Shown here: one piece after another, positions 10,466 to 19,580 of the stretch
How positions within the stretch are numbered: the first letter of the stretch is position 1
How the letters are laid out: each line of letters opens with the position of its first letter
Origin: Candidatus Kapaibacterium sp.
Lineage (GTDB): Bacteria > Bacteroidota > Ignavibacteria > Kapaibacteriales > WFXC01
Assembly: GCA_015490805.1 (NCBI GenBank)
Contig: WFXC01000018.1
Location: 72,880 to 136,879, forward strand
Length of the DNA stretch: 64,000 nucleotides
Direction of reading: 5' to 3'
Position numbers and translations under genes: made by a program
The notes under the pieces: generated by a model
Seen by the model: only the letters and a program-made list of their open reading frames with translations
Told to the model about the DNA's origin: nothing
Databases searched by the model: none

Positions 10466-11551
10466 ATGAAAAAAACACGGTTTTTTGCGATCCATCAGCG
10501 TCTGGGTGCTAAAATCGTCGATTTTGCAGGCTTTGCTATGCCTGTACAGTACCCAAAGGGGATCATCCACGAGCATCTGGCAGTGCGGCAATCGGTTGGG
10601 CTTTTTGATGTTTCGCATATGGGTGAGTTTGAAATCCGGGGTGCCGATGCTGAGGCTTTTTTGCAATACGTGACTATTAACGATGTGAAAAAGCTGTATG
10701 AAGGTCGGGCGCAGTATTCGGCAATGTGCAAACCAGATGGCGGTTTGATCGATGACCTGCTGGTTTACCATCTGGGCGATCGGTATATGATGGTGGTGAA
10801 TGCGGCAAATATTCAAAAGGACTATGAATGGCTGCAAGCACATCGCCAGTCCTTTGATGTGGAAATTGAGGATTTAAGCGATGCAATCAACCTGCTGGCG
10901 GTGCAGGGACCAAATTCGCTGAAAACGCTGCAAAAAATTGCATCGGTGGATCTGGAGCCGGTTAAGTATTACCACTGGGTGTGGGGAGAAGTGGCAGGTG
11001 TGGAAATGATCATTTCCCGCACAGGATATACTGGCGAGCTGGGATTTGAGCTGTATTTCCGCGGCGATGAAACAGTAGCGGAAAAGGTATGGAATGCCAT
11101 TATGGAAGCGGGAGAAGAGTTCGGAATTGAGCCAGCCGGATTGGGCGCTCGCGATACGCTGCGTCTGGAAAAAGGATACTGTCTGTATGGCAATGACATT
11201 GACGAAACAACTAATCCACTGGAAGCAGGGCTGGGATGGATCACAAAGCTCAAAAAAGGGGATTTCATTGGACGAGAGACTTTGCTGAAAGTGAAAGAGG
11301 AAGGGATTCGACGCCGATTAGTCGGGTTTGTGACCGGTTCTGAACGCTATATTCCTCGCCACGGTTATGAGATCGCTGCTAATGGTGAGGTTGTCGGCAC
11401 GGTTACCAGTGGCAATATCTCACCAATTCGCAAGGAGGGCATCGGGATGGGATATGTGCCGGTGGAATACAGTACAGAAGGAACCGAATTGAAAGTACGT
11501 CGTGGCAAGCGAGAGTTTCCGGTACGGATTCATTCCCTTCCCTTTGTGTAA
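10466..11551 (+). CDS. gcvT: glycine cleavage system aminomethyltransferase T
   Basis: 361 aa from the ATG at 10466. GcvT fold motifs (FDVSHMG, folate-binding C-terminal barrel). Confidence 0.9.
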   Translation: MKKTRFFAIHQRLGAKIVDFAGFAMPVQYPKGIIHEHLAVRQSVGLFDVSHMGEFEIRGADAEAFLQYVTINDVKKLYEGRAQYSAMCKPDGGLIDDLLVYHLGDRYMMVVNAANIQKDYEWLQAHRQSFDVEIEDLSDAINLLAVQGPNSLKTLQKIASVDLEPVKYYHWVWGEVAGVEMIISRTGYTGELGFELYFRGDETVAEKVWNAIMEAGEEFGIEPAGLGARDTLRLEKGYCLYGNDIDETTNPLEAGLGWITKLKKGDFIGRETLLKVKEEGIRRRLVGFVTGSERYIPRHGYEIAANGEVVGTVTSGNISPIRKEGIGMGYVPVEYSTEGTELKVRRGKREFPVRIHSLPFV

Positions 11552-11632
11552 GAATGGCAATCCAGATGACCGGATAGATGCTAACCGCTGGAACCGCACA
11601 GGGCGAAGGTTGAACAGGGGGATGTAGTACGA

Positions 11633-12397
11633 ATGAAAGTAACCGTATTGGGAGCTGCCGGCAGTCGATGTGGGGTTTATAGTGCAACCTGCTTGCAGGT
11701 TGGTACCCATTTGCTGATCGATGCCGGACACCTGGGCGCGCTACCCGTTGAGCAGTGGCAATCCATAGAAGTCGTTTTGTTAACCCACGCTCATTTTGAT
11801 CATATTGCAGATCTCCCATTCCTGCTCGGCTGTACGTGGCAGCAGCGGCAAGTGCCACTTCGGATCTATGGACATCCTGCCACCCTGCAGGCAGTGCAGC
11901 AGCATTTGTTCAATGACACGATCTGGACGGATTTTCGCAACTTGCGCTTGCCGAACGGACAGGATCCAGTCGTGCAGTTCGAAGCTGTTGAAGCCGGCCA
12001 ACTCTTCCGCATTGGTTCGTATTATGTCATTCCCTTTCGCAGCAATCACCCGGTGCCAACCCTTGGATATGTGGTAAAGCAGGGCGATCGCGGGTTTGCC
12101 TTTACTTCTGATACCGGACCGAATCCTCAGGTGTGGGAGATGCTGAATGCAGATGCGCAGATCAAAGCGGTGATAACGGAAGTTTCATTGCCCAATCGCC
12201 TGTCTGCTGAAGCAGCAGCGGTGGGACATTATACCCCGCAGTTGCTGCGAGAAGATCTCCGCATTGTGCGCCGCACTGATGTAACCATATACGCATCGCA
12301 TTGGAAGCCCGAGTTTGAAGTGGAGGTGTTGCGCGATATTGAAACTGATCTGCCGACCGTTGTTGTCCTTCGCGGTGGTGAACAATTGAAGTTTTAG
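11633..12397 (+). CDS. metallo-beta-lactamase (MBL) fold hydrolase (class II cyclic-nucleotide phosphodiesterase-like)
   Basis: HxHxDH motif (THAHFDHIADLPFL). 254 aa. Confidence 0.7.
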   Translation: MKVTVLGAAGSRCGVYSATCLQVGTHLLIDAGHLGALPVEQWQSIEVVLLTHAHFDHIADLPFLLGCTWQQRQVPLRIYGHPATLQAVQQHLFNDTIWTDFRNLRLPNGQDPVVQFEAVEAGQLFRIGSYYVIPFRSNHPVPTLGYVVKQGDRGFAFTSDTGPNPQVWEMLNADAQIKAVITEVSLPNRLSAEAAAVGHYTPQLLREDLRIVRRTDVTIYASHWKPEFEVEVLRDIETDLPTVVVLRGGEQLKF

Positions 12398-12458
12398 GCT
12401 TGCTCTTCACAATCTATTCCTGCAGATCAATCCGCCGCGGTAGCACGTCGTTGGCGTT

Positions 12459-13100
12459 TTAGGGGGATTGCGGTGAACGAGTTGATAGGCGTAAGTCGAT
12501 CGTTTCGACCGAATCAGGCAGTGTTGGGGTAAAGAAAGAAGGAGGATGCGGGTGCAGCGGGTGTAATTCCTTCACCGTCCAGCGTTCGGTCATCCCATTT
12601 GCATAATGAACCGTTACCGATTGCGGGTGATACTGCTGAGTGAGGGCAAACTCTACTCGTTGAATAGCACCTGTTCCTTCGGGGAATGTAGCGTGCAGCA
12701 TCCATCGGATGGTCGGATTTTCCGAAGAATGCGCACGGAACAGGCGCAACTGCTCCGGATGGCGCGTGGTATCCAAGAGAAGGGCGAGGATCGGGGTATT
12801 CAGCCGGGGCGTTGCTTGCGCAATGATTACCTTGTTTTGCTCCGGCCGGTAGAGCCAGAGCGTTTCCCCATCGCTGTAGATCCTGATGCCGTTCAGGTAC
12901 ATTCGAAACCGATAGGGATGCTGGTAATACAGCGTCAGTTTTTGCCCCGTTTGCGATTGAAGAACCAGCTTCGTTTCCGGAGTGCGGAAGAATTGTTGCT
13001 GGAGGTGATGCCAGATCGCTGGCGCTGTTTGCCCTACAGCAGTTGAGATCAGGAGGCTGAAAAGCAGAATTTGGAGAACTGGTTTCCGTCTGTGCACCAT
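12459..13100 (-). CDS. LolA-like outer-membrane lipoprotein carrier / sorting protein
   Basis: Signal peptide. LolA-like beta-barrel pattern (LTLYYQ...DGETLWLYRPEQNKV). Confidence 0.5.
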   Translation of the reverse strand: MVHRRKPVLQILLFSLLISTAVGQTAPAIWHHLQQQFFRTPETKLVLQSQTGQKLTLYYQHPYRFRMYLNGIRIYSDGETLWLYRPEQNKVIIAQATPRLNTPILALLLDTTRHPEQLRLFRAHSSENPTIRWMLHATFPEGTGAIQRVEFALTQQYHPQSVTVHYANGMTERWTVKELHPLHPHPPSFFTPTLPDSVETIDLRLSTRSPQSP

Positions 13101-13145
13101 CGAGTAGATATGCTCCGCAGCTTTTCAAACAAAATGCTATAGGCA

Positions 13146-13460
13146 ATGAGACGGCTAACGATCGTGACAATTCTGTCGAATGCTGGAGAACAGCCAGAAG
13201 AATTTCTGGAACGGTTGCAGGAATTTATGCAGGACTTTGTACAGTCAGATCCCGCTCTGATGGATGCACTGGTCGGCTATGCACAGCACATTGAAGAGGT
13301 GGAAAACCGCTATGCGGTGAAATATCTGGTTGCACTGGAGCAGGCGCCGATCTTTGAAGATGCGTGCTTGCGTGCCGGCTTTGATTTTTTGCCCGCCACT
13401 GAAGAGTTTACCGAAGATGAAGCACAGTTGTACGAGTGGATCTATGTGGATTCGCAGTAG
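13146..13460 (+). CDS. hypothetical small acidic protein
   Basis: 104 aa ORF with good coding periodicity. No recognisable domain. Confidence 0.35.
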   Translation: MRRLTIVTILSNAGEQPEEFLERLQEFMQDFVQSDPALMDALVGYAQHIEEVENRYAVKYLVALEQAPIFEDACLRAGFDFLPATEEFTEDEAQLYEWIYVDSQ

Positions 13461-13471
13461 AAGTTTTGCGG

Positions 13472-14986
13472 TTACTCCTTGAGCAATTCCTTGGGAATGG
13501 TGAAGGGCGTAACAGAACGGCGGGTGATTTTTTCCTGGATGGGATTGAAGGTGCGAACGTTGAAACGCTGCACAATGAAGGAAGCGAAGACAGAAGAAAA
13601 GAGCAAAGGGAGGATCAGGTCGTAGTTGCCGCTGATTTCAAAGAGGATAATTCCACCTGCTAAGGGAATCTGGAAGGTGCCTGCCAGAACGGCAGCAGCG
13701 CAGACCAGGGCGTAGAATCCGGGCTGGGTTTCTGGAAGCACCAACTGGATGATGGAGCCGAGACAGAAGCCAAAAAGAGCACCAGTTTTGAGCGCAGGCG
13801 CCATCGTTCCACCAGCACCGCCGCTGCCCAGGGTAATGGCATTGGAGATGGGCTTTGCCAGCACAGACAGCGCTGCGATCCAGAGAATTCCTTTGCCAGA
13901 GATTGCCTGATTGATCGGTTCGTAGGTTGTTTCCAGCATTGTGGGGAGGAAGACCACCAGGATTCCTGCGAGCAAGCCTCCGATCGCCGGTCGCCATACG
14001 AAGGGAATGGGCAGCAGAAGTCGATAAATGGCACGAAAAACTTTGCGATAGGCTACAAGAAAATACAGCGCAACAAATCCGCTGAGCATCCCGGCGATTG
14101 CCAGCAGAATATATTCAGGAAAGTCAGGAATGCCCAGATCAGGACTGATGAGAAGCGGATTATTCCCAACAAAGAGGCGAGTAGTTGCTGTTGCTAAGAC
14201 CGAGGCAACGACCAGCGGAACGAAGGAGCGGATTTCCACTTCGCCCATAATGGCTTCGAGCGCAAACACGATGCCGCCCAGCGGGGCATTAAAGATTGCA
14301 CTGATAGCAGCGGCTGTTCCCGATCCACAGAGAATGCGCAGTTGTTCCGGGGAAAGTTGAAAAATTTGTCCCAGCGTTGATCCAATCGATGCACCCAGCA
14401 ACACGGAGGGACCTTCCCGTCCAGCACCGCCACCGGAGCCAATAGAGAGGGCAGCAGTAAGAATTGCCCGCAAGGAATGGCGCCAGTGAAGTTTTCCATC
14501 AGAAAACGCCAGTGCGCGTGCAACGGTGAGCAAACCAACGCCACCGACACCCCGGAATACCGTCTGGTTCAACATCCCAACTGCTAACCCGCCTAAAGCC
14601 GGGATGAGAGGGAAAACCAGCAACCGGACGGGGGCAATTGTCTCTGCTGCTAAAAAGACCGTGTGGAAAAGTTGCTCTGCCAGCTCTAAGACGCGGTGGA
14701 ATACAACGGTAAATAGACCGATCAGAACACCAGTAATCGAAGCGATCAGTAGCAGTGCGTAGTCGGTGTGCCGATAATTTTTGATCTGTCCAATGATAAC
14801 AATCGTTGGCTGCGCATATTTCCGGAGTTGTGCATACCAGTGCAAAAGCGTAAGGCGGAGAATACGATACCAGCGCCACAGGAGGGCTGCAACTTTCCCG
14901 GATTTTCGTTGCTGTCGCCTTGTCAATTGCCGATCGTGTTCAACATCCGGTTGTTCCGTATCCGGTTGCTCGATGTTCTGTTGCAT
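13472..14986 (-). CDS. ClC-family voltage-gated chloride channel / H+-Cl- antiporter
   Basis: Selectivity-filter motifs GSGIP-like (GSGGGAGREGP) and GxFxP. Multiple TM helices. Confidence 0.8.
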   Translation of the reverse strand: MQQNIEQPDTEQPDVEHDRQLTRRQQRKSGKVAALLWRWYRILRLTLLHWYAQLRKYAQPTIVIIGQIKNYRHTDYALLLIASITGVLIGLFTVVFHRVLELAEQLFHTVFLAAETIAPVRLLVFPLIPALGGLAVGMLNQTVFRGVGGVGLLTVARALAFSDGKLHWRHSLRAILTAALSIGSGGGAGREGPSVLLGASIGSTLGQIFQLSPEQLRILCGSGTAAAISAIFNAPLGGIVFALEAIMGEVEIRSFVPLVVASVLATATTRLFVGNNPLLISPDLGIPDFPEYILLAIAGMLSGFVALYFLVAYRKVFRAIYRLLLPIPFVWRPAIGGLLAGILVVFLPTMLETTYEPINQAISGKGILWIAALSVLAKPISNAITLGSGGAGGTMAPALKTGALFGFCLGSIIQLVLPETQPGFYALVCAAAVLAGTFQIPLAGGIILFEISGNYDLILPLLFSSVFASFIVQRFNVRTFNPIQEKITRRSVTPFTIPKELLKE

Positions 14987-15004
14987 CAGTGCATCGTGTT
15001 GCCG

Positions 15005-16669
15005 TTATGTCTGGATAACTCCGACATTCCATTCAGGTAACCGCGGTTGATAGCTGGCACATTGGATGCCGCGGGAAATCACATTGCGAGTGGTTGTTGG
15101 ATCGATAATTCCATCAACCCAGAGCCGGGCTGCCGCATAGAGCGGCAGGGTTTGTTCCTCATATCGCTGCTTGATTTCCTGAAGCAGTTGCTCTTTCGCT
15201 TCTTCGCTCAATTGTTTTCCCTGTCGTTTCAGTGATCGTTCCTGAATGGTGAGCAGCGTTTGCGCTGCTTGCTCTCCACCCATCACCCCAATGCGGGCGG
15301 TGGGATAAGCAAAGATGAGCCGGGGATCATAAGCACGTCCACACATCGCGTAATTCCCGGCGCCGTAGCTATTGCCGACGATAAACGTAAACTTTGGCAC
15401 AACCGAATTTGCAACAGCATTGACCATCTTGGCACCATCTTTGATGATTCCGCCCTGTTCAGCTTTCGTGCCAACCATAAAGCCAGTTACATCTTGCAGG
15501 AAGACCAGCGGGATGCCTTTCTGGTTGCAGTTGAGAATGAACCGCGTGGCTTTGTCTGCACTGTCGCTGTAGATGACGCCACCGACCTGAATTTCGCCCG
15601 TGCCACTTCGGACAATGTTCCGGTTGTTCGCAACAATGCCCACACTCCAGCCGTCGATGCGGCCATAGCCACAGATGATCGTTTTGCCGTACTCTGCTTT
15701 GTACTCTTCGAATTCGGAATTGTCCAGCAGTCGGGCTAACAACTGGTAGGTGTCATAGGGTCTGGTGCGATCTTCCGGGATAATGCCCCAGATTTCGTCT
15801 GGATCGAATTGCGGTGGTTGCGGCGTTGTCCGATCGAACAGCGGCTTTGGTCCTTTTTGCGGTGAAAGTTTGTTCATAATCGACCGAATCACTGCAATAG
15901 CTTCCTGATCACTCTCCACTTTGTAATCGACCACACCACTAATCGAGGCGTGCATCGTTGCACCACCCAGGGCTTCAATGTCGGCTTGTTCCCCGATAGC
16001 TGCTGCGACTAAAGCTGGACCGGCTAAAAACACGTAACCAGTTTTATTGACGATTAGTGCTTCGTCACTCATAATGGGCAGGTAGGCACCGCCAGCAACG
16101 CACGGTCCCATAATCGCGGCAATTTGAGGAATGCCCATTGCCGACATCTTTGCATTGTTGCGGAAAATGCGTCCGAAATGCTCCTTATCGGGAAAAATTT
16201 CATCCTGCATTGGCAGGAATACGCCAGCAGAGTCGACCAAATAGATGATCGGCAGGTGGTTCTCCATTGCAATTTCCTGCGCTCGAAGATTCTTTTTGCA
16301 GGTCATTGGAAACCAGGCACCTGCTTTGACCGTCGCATCGTTCGCAACGACAATGCAGTCGCGTCCGGAAACTTTGCCGATTACCACCACGACTCCCGCC
16401 GATGGAGCACCGCCGTACTCCTGGTACATTCCGTGGGCAGCAAACAAGCCAATTTCAAGGTATCCGGTGTTGGGATCCAGCAGCGCTTCGATCCGCTCTC
16501 GCGCGGTCATTTTCCCCTGCTGATGGAGTTTTTCGATGGCTTTCCTGCCGCCACCCCGGAGGATCTGTGCTGCTTTGCCCTGAAGAATCCGCCAGTTTTC
16601 CTTGTTGCGATCATAGTTGCGTTCGAATTCAAGGGTGTGTGGAATGTCGGATCCGATAATTTTTGGCAT
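15005..16669 (-). CDS. acyl-CoA carboxylase carboxyltransferase subunit (propionyl-CoA carboxylase beta / methylmalonyl-CoA carboxyltransferase 12S-like)
   Basis: Crotonase-fold carboxyltransferase, about 550 aa. Conserved GGG...ARERI N-terminal region. Start taken at MPKIIG. Confidence 0.85.
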   Translation of the reverse strand: MPKIIGSDIPHTLEFERNYDRNKENWRILQGKAAQILRGGGRKAIEKLHQQGKMTARERIEALLDPNTGYLEIGLFAAHGMYQEYGGAPSAGVVVVIGKVSGRDCIVVANDATVKAGAWFPMTCKKNLRAQEIAMENHLPIIYLVDSAGVFLPMQDEIFPDKEHFGRIFRNNAKMSAMGIPQIAAIMGPCVAGGAYLPIMSDEALIVNKTGYVFLAGPALVAAAIGEQADIEALGGATMHASISGVVDYKVESDQEAIAVIRSIMNKLSPQKGPKPLFDRTTPQPPQFDPDEIWGIIPEDRTRPYDTYQLLARLLDNSEFEEYKAEYGKTIICGYGRIDGWSVGIVANNRNIVRSGTGEIQVGGVIYSDSADKATRFILNCNQKGIPLVFLQDVTGFMVGTKAEQGGIIKDGAKMVNAVANSVVPKFTFIVGNSYGAGNYAMCGRAYDPRLIFAYPTARIGVMGGEQAAQTLLTIQERSLKRQGKQLSEEAKEQLLQEIKQRYEEQTLPLYAAARLWVDGIIDPTTTRNVISRGIQCASYQPRLPEWNVGVIQT

Positions 16670-16731
16670 TCTTGACCGTTTCCCTTCTGCTTGTAGAATA
16701 AAGAACTGCAAAATTACAACACAGAACGCAG

Positions 16732-17565
16732 ATGGAGTCTAAGGATACACCAGAGTCCGGGCAAGAACAAAGTCAGTCGGGAACAAAAGAAGCACAGCTC
16801 GGCACCCTCTTTCTGGTTGCTATGCCGATCGGCAATCGAGACGATATTACCATTCGAGCCCTGAAAGTGCTGAAAGCAGTGGATGTTATCGTTTGCGAAG
16901 ATCCCAAAGAGACGGCGCCCATCTTGCTTCATCACGGCATTTCCAAGCCGCTGGAGGTGCTCAATGAGCATAATGAGTTGAGGAAGACGGAAGAGGTGCT
17001 GGGGTACCTGCGGAAAGCAAAGAAAGTAGCGCTGGTGTCTGATGCTGGAACGCCCGTTGTTGCTGATCCGGGATTTGAATTGGTGCAGCGAGCGCGCCAG
17101 TTGGGTGCTGAGGTTGTGCCGGTGCCGGGACCGTCAGCGATTATGACAGCCGTAATGATGTGCGGCCTTCCCGTGAATCAATTTCTCTATGCGGGATTTC
17201 TGAGCCGGATTCCTGATATTCGGAAGTCACAATTGGAAGAATTAGCGCAGGAACCGCGAACGGTGGTGATTTTAGAAACACCCTATCGACTGTTGCCACT
17301 GCTCCGAACGGCTGCGGAAGTAATTCCTGATCGTCCGGCGTACGTGGGATGTAATTTGACGATGCCCTCAGAAACCCATCACTATGGCACAGTCAAAGAG
17401 TTGCTGGCAAAATTTGAACAGTTGCGTTTCAAGGGAGAATTTGTTTTTTGTTTTGCTGGCTTGCCACAACACGATCTTCCAGACGCTGAATCGCGCAAGC
17501 CGCAACAGCGATCGCACAAAGGGCGGAAACGGTCGAAGGGACGAAGAGGGAAACGCCGTCGGTGA
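16732..17565 (+). CDS. rsmI: 16S rRNA (cytidine1402-2'-O)-methyltransferase RsmI, with an unusually basic C-terminal tail
   Basis: Tetrapyrrole-methylase fold motifs (LVAMPIGN, DVIVCEDP). C-terminal tail HKGRKRSKGRRGKRRR. Confidence 0.8.
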   Translation: MESKDTPESGQEQSQSGTKEAQLGTLFLVAMPIGNRDDITIRALKVLKAVDVIVCEDPKETAPILLHHGISKPLEVLNEHNELRKTEEVLGYLRKAKKVALVSDAGTPVVADPGFELVQRARQLGAEVVPVPGPSAIMTAVMMCGLPVNQFLYAGFLSRIPDIRKSQLEELAQEPRTVVILETPYRLLPLLRTAAEVIPDRPAYVGCNLTMPSETHHYGTVKELLAKFEQLRFKGEFVFCFAGLPQHDLPDAESRKPQQRSHKGRKRSKGRRGKRRR

Positions 17566-17731
17566 CGGGAGAGTGCAATCTTGCTGACCGGGCAGTTGTC
17601 CGGACAAAAGGATGCAGGAAATCGTAAGCGGGATTCTACTGCTGCGATGGTATCAGTAGAAACCAATTTGAGGGTTGTTCGTTCTTTGCGTTTTTGCAAA
17701 AAGGGACGTTGGTGGGCAAAAAGGGAACGGA

Positions 17732-18910
17732 ATGCAGGAACGGTTTAAGAAACGGGCATTGAGCATCATTTTTTCGATTGTGATCATTAATCTCATCGGA
17801 TTCGGCATCATTATCCCGCTCTTGCCTTTTTATGCAGAGCGGTTGGGTGCATCGGAGGTAGAAATTGGATTTCTCTTTGCGTCCTTTTCGATTGCTCAGC
17901 TTCTGGCATCGCCATTCTTAGGAGCATTAGCAGACCGCTTTGGACGGCGTCCGATGCTGGTGATGAGCCTGTTAGGGACGACCGCAGGGTTTGTGCTGCT
18001 GGCAGTGGCGAACTCTTTGTGGCTGCTGTTTCTTTCCCGGATTATCGATGGATTATCAGGAGGAAACGTGACCATTGCACGGGCGTATGTTGCTGATGTT
18101 CTGGAAGAGCACGAGCGGGCAAAAGGATATGGGATGCTGGGTGCTGCTTTTGGCATAGGATTCATTGCCGGTCCTCTGTTGGGAGGGCTTCTGGTGCCGC
18201 TGGATTTGTCCGCTCCTGCGTGGGCAGCTGCTGCCTTGGCATTTATTGCGATGGTAGCAACGGCAGGCTGGCTGCCGGAAACGGTGCAACGGCATCGGGA
18301 GATGCGGCAGGCGACCGTCTGGCAGCAGCTTAAGGAACTGGGACGGTTTCCGGGAATGCGGGCATTCCTGGTAGCGGATTTCCTGATGTGGGCAGCCGTC
18401 TCTGTGTATCAGACCACTTTTGCATTGTTTGTTTTTCGACGTTTTGGATTATCTGCTGATCAGGTTAGCTATGCCATCGCATTTCTGGGTGTCGTCGGCG
18501 TGCTGACGCAGGGAGGGCTGGTACGAGTCGTCGTTCCACGGCTGGGAGAACATCGATCCCTGTGGATTGGACTACTCCTGATGGGAACGGGATTAGCCGT
18601 TGCCACCGTGATGCCCTCACCACTCCTGTTCTTAGCAGTGCTGGTGCCGTCCTCTATCGGCAGCGGAATGGCAACACCTGCGATGCTGAGCTTGCTGAGC
18701 GCGCAGGTGCCGACAGAGTATCAGGGACGATTGCAAGGGGTAACGGGGTCGGTGGAAAGTCTTTCCCGCATCGTTGGTCCTATCTGGGGGAATGGACTCC
18801 TCCGGTTCTCGCTGTACGCTTCCTATCTCTCCGCCGCTGCTGTCATCATTCTCCTGGGTCTCTGGGTCGCTTACTTTCTGCCATCGAAGGTCAGCAGTAC
18901 TGTCCGGTAG
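17732..18910 (+). CDS. MFS transporter (DHA1-like)
   Basis: 12 TM helices. MFS motif A (GALADRFGRRP). Confidence 0.8.
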   Translation: MQERFKKRALSIIFSIVIINLIGFGIIIPLLPFYAERLGASEVEIGFLFASFSIAQLLASPFLGALADRFGRRPMLVMSLLGTTAGFVLLAVANSLWLLFLSRIIDGLSGGNVTIARAYVADVLEEHERAKGYGMLGAAFGIGFIAGPLLGGLLVPLDLSAPAWAAAALAFIAMVATAGWLPETVQRHREMRQATVWQQLKELGRFPGMRAFLVADFLMWAAVSVYQTTFALFVFRRFGLSADQVSYAIAFLGVVGVLTQGGLVRVVVPRLGEHRSLWIGLLLMGTGLAVATVMPSPLLFLAVLVPSSIGSGMATPAMLSLLSAQVPTEYQGRLQGVTGSVESLSRIVGPIWGNGLLRFSLYASYLSAAAVIILLGLWVAYFLPSKVSSTVR

Positions 18911-18944
18911 GCATCAGGGGGCGATTCTGGATCACGTGAGTTGA

Positions 18945-19420
18945 GAACAAGGTACACGCTGAAGTGTGCGCTCCTCCGGCTGGGAGCGTCGATTTCAGTC
19001 GGCAATGTTGCGAATGTGTAGGGGCGACTGGCCGGTCGCCCCTACGGGTGCGGGTGCAATGTAAGGGCGCAGCGACGATGCGTCCCTGCGGGATGGGCAG
19101 ACGCACGGATCTGTCCATACTGGGAGCGCCGACTTCAGTCGGCAAAAAATGCATCCTAAAGGATGCGTTCCCAGTAAATGCACACTGAAGTGCGCGCTCC
19201 GACTGGGAGCGCCGGCTTTAGCCGGCAAAGATGCACCCTGCGGGGTGCACTCCCAATGAACTGGAACCGTTGTACTTGGAGGTACTTGGAGCGCCGACTT
19301 TAGTTGGCAAAAACGCCAATGGTAGGGTAGGCGGCTGCTGGATTATCCTGGACAACCCGGAGGGGTGTCCTGCCACAGGAAGTTCACGCTGAAGGGAACA
19401 CTTCTATGAAAGAGTGTGAC
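18945..19420. repeat. cluster of short palindromic REP-like units (locus A)
   Basis: At least 9 hairpin units of recurring types. Example type: CTGGGAGCGCCGACTTCAGTCGGCAAA. The same units recur at 41.7-42.2 kb and, reverse-complemented, at 55.9-56.2 kb. Confidence 0.85.
19002..19146 (+). repeat. 145 nt multi-hairpin composite element, copy 1 (candidate MITE or structured RNA)
   Basis: About 95% identical to 41830-41974. Contains a perfect 11 bp stem GTAGGGGCGAC / GTCGCCCCTAC. Confidence 0.8.
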
Positions 19421-19580
19421 GTTGCTGCGCTCTGAGCAATTCCCAACAGGGATTTTCTTTTTCCAGATGTTTGAGAAAAAAGGGAACCTTCTTAACCGGA
19501 GAAAAAGAACAGGAGGAAGGGGAGACTGTTCGTTGCAGTGCGTGCGTTGGGAGTTTGTGTCACAGTAAACAGCGGTCGCG

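Noticed and set aside
12514-13170. 218 aa ORF overlapping the LolA-like gene in another frame
   Set aside because: It is Ala/Pro/Ser-rich with no domain and is completely embedded in the better-supported 12459-13100 frame, which has a signal peptide and a LolA-like fold pattern. This is a typical high-GC shadow ORF.
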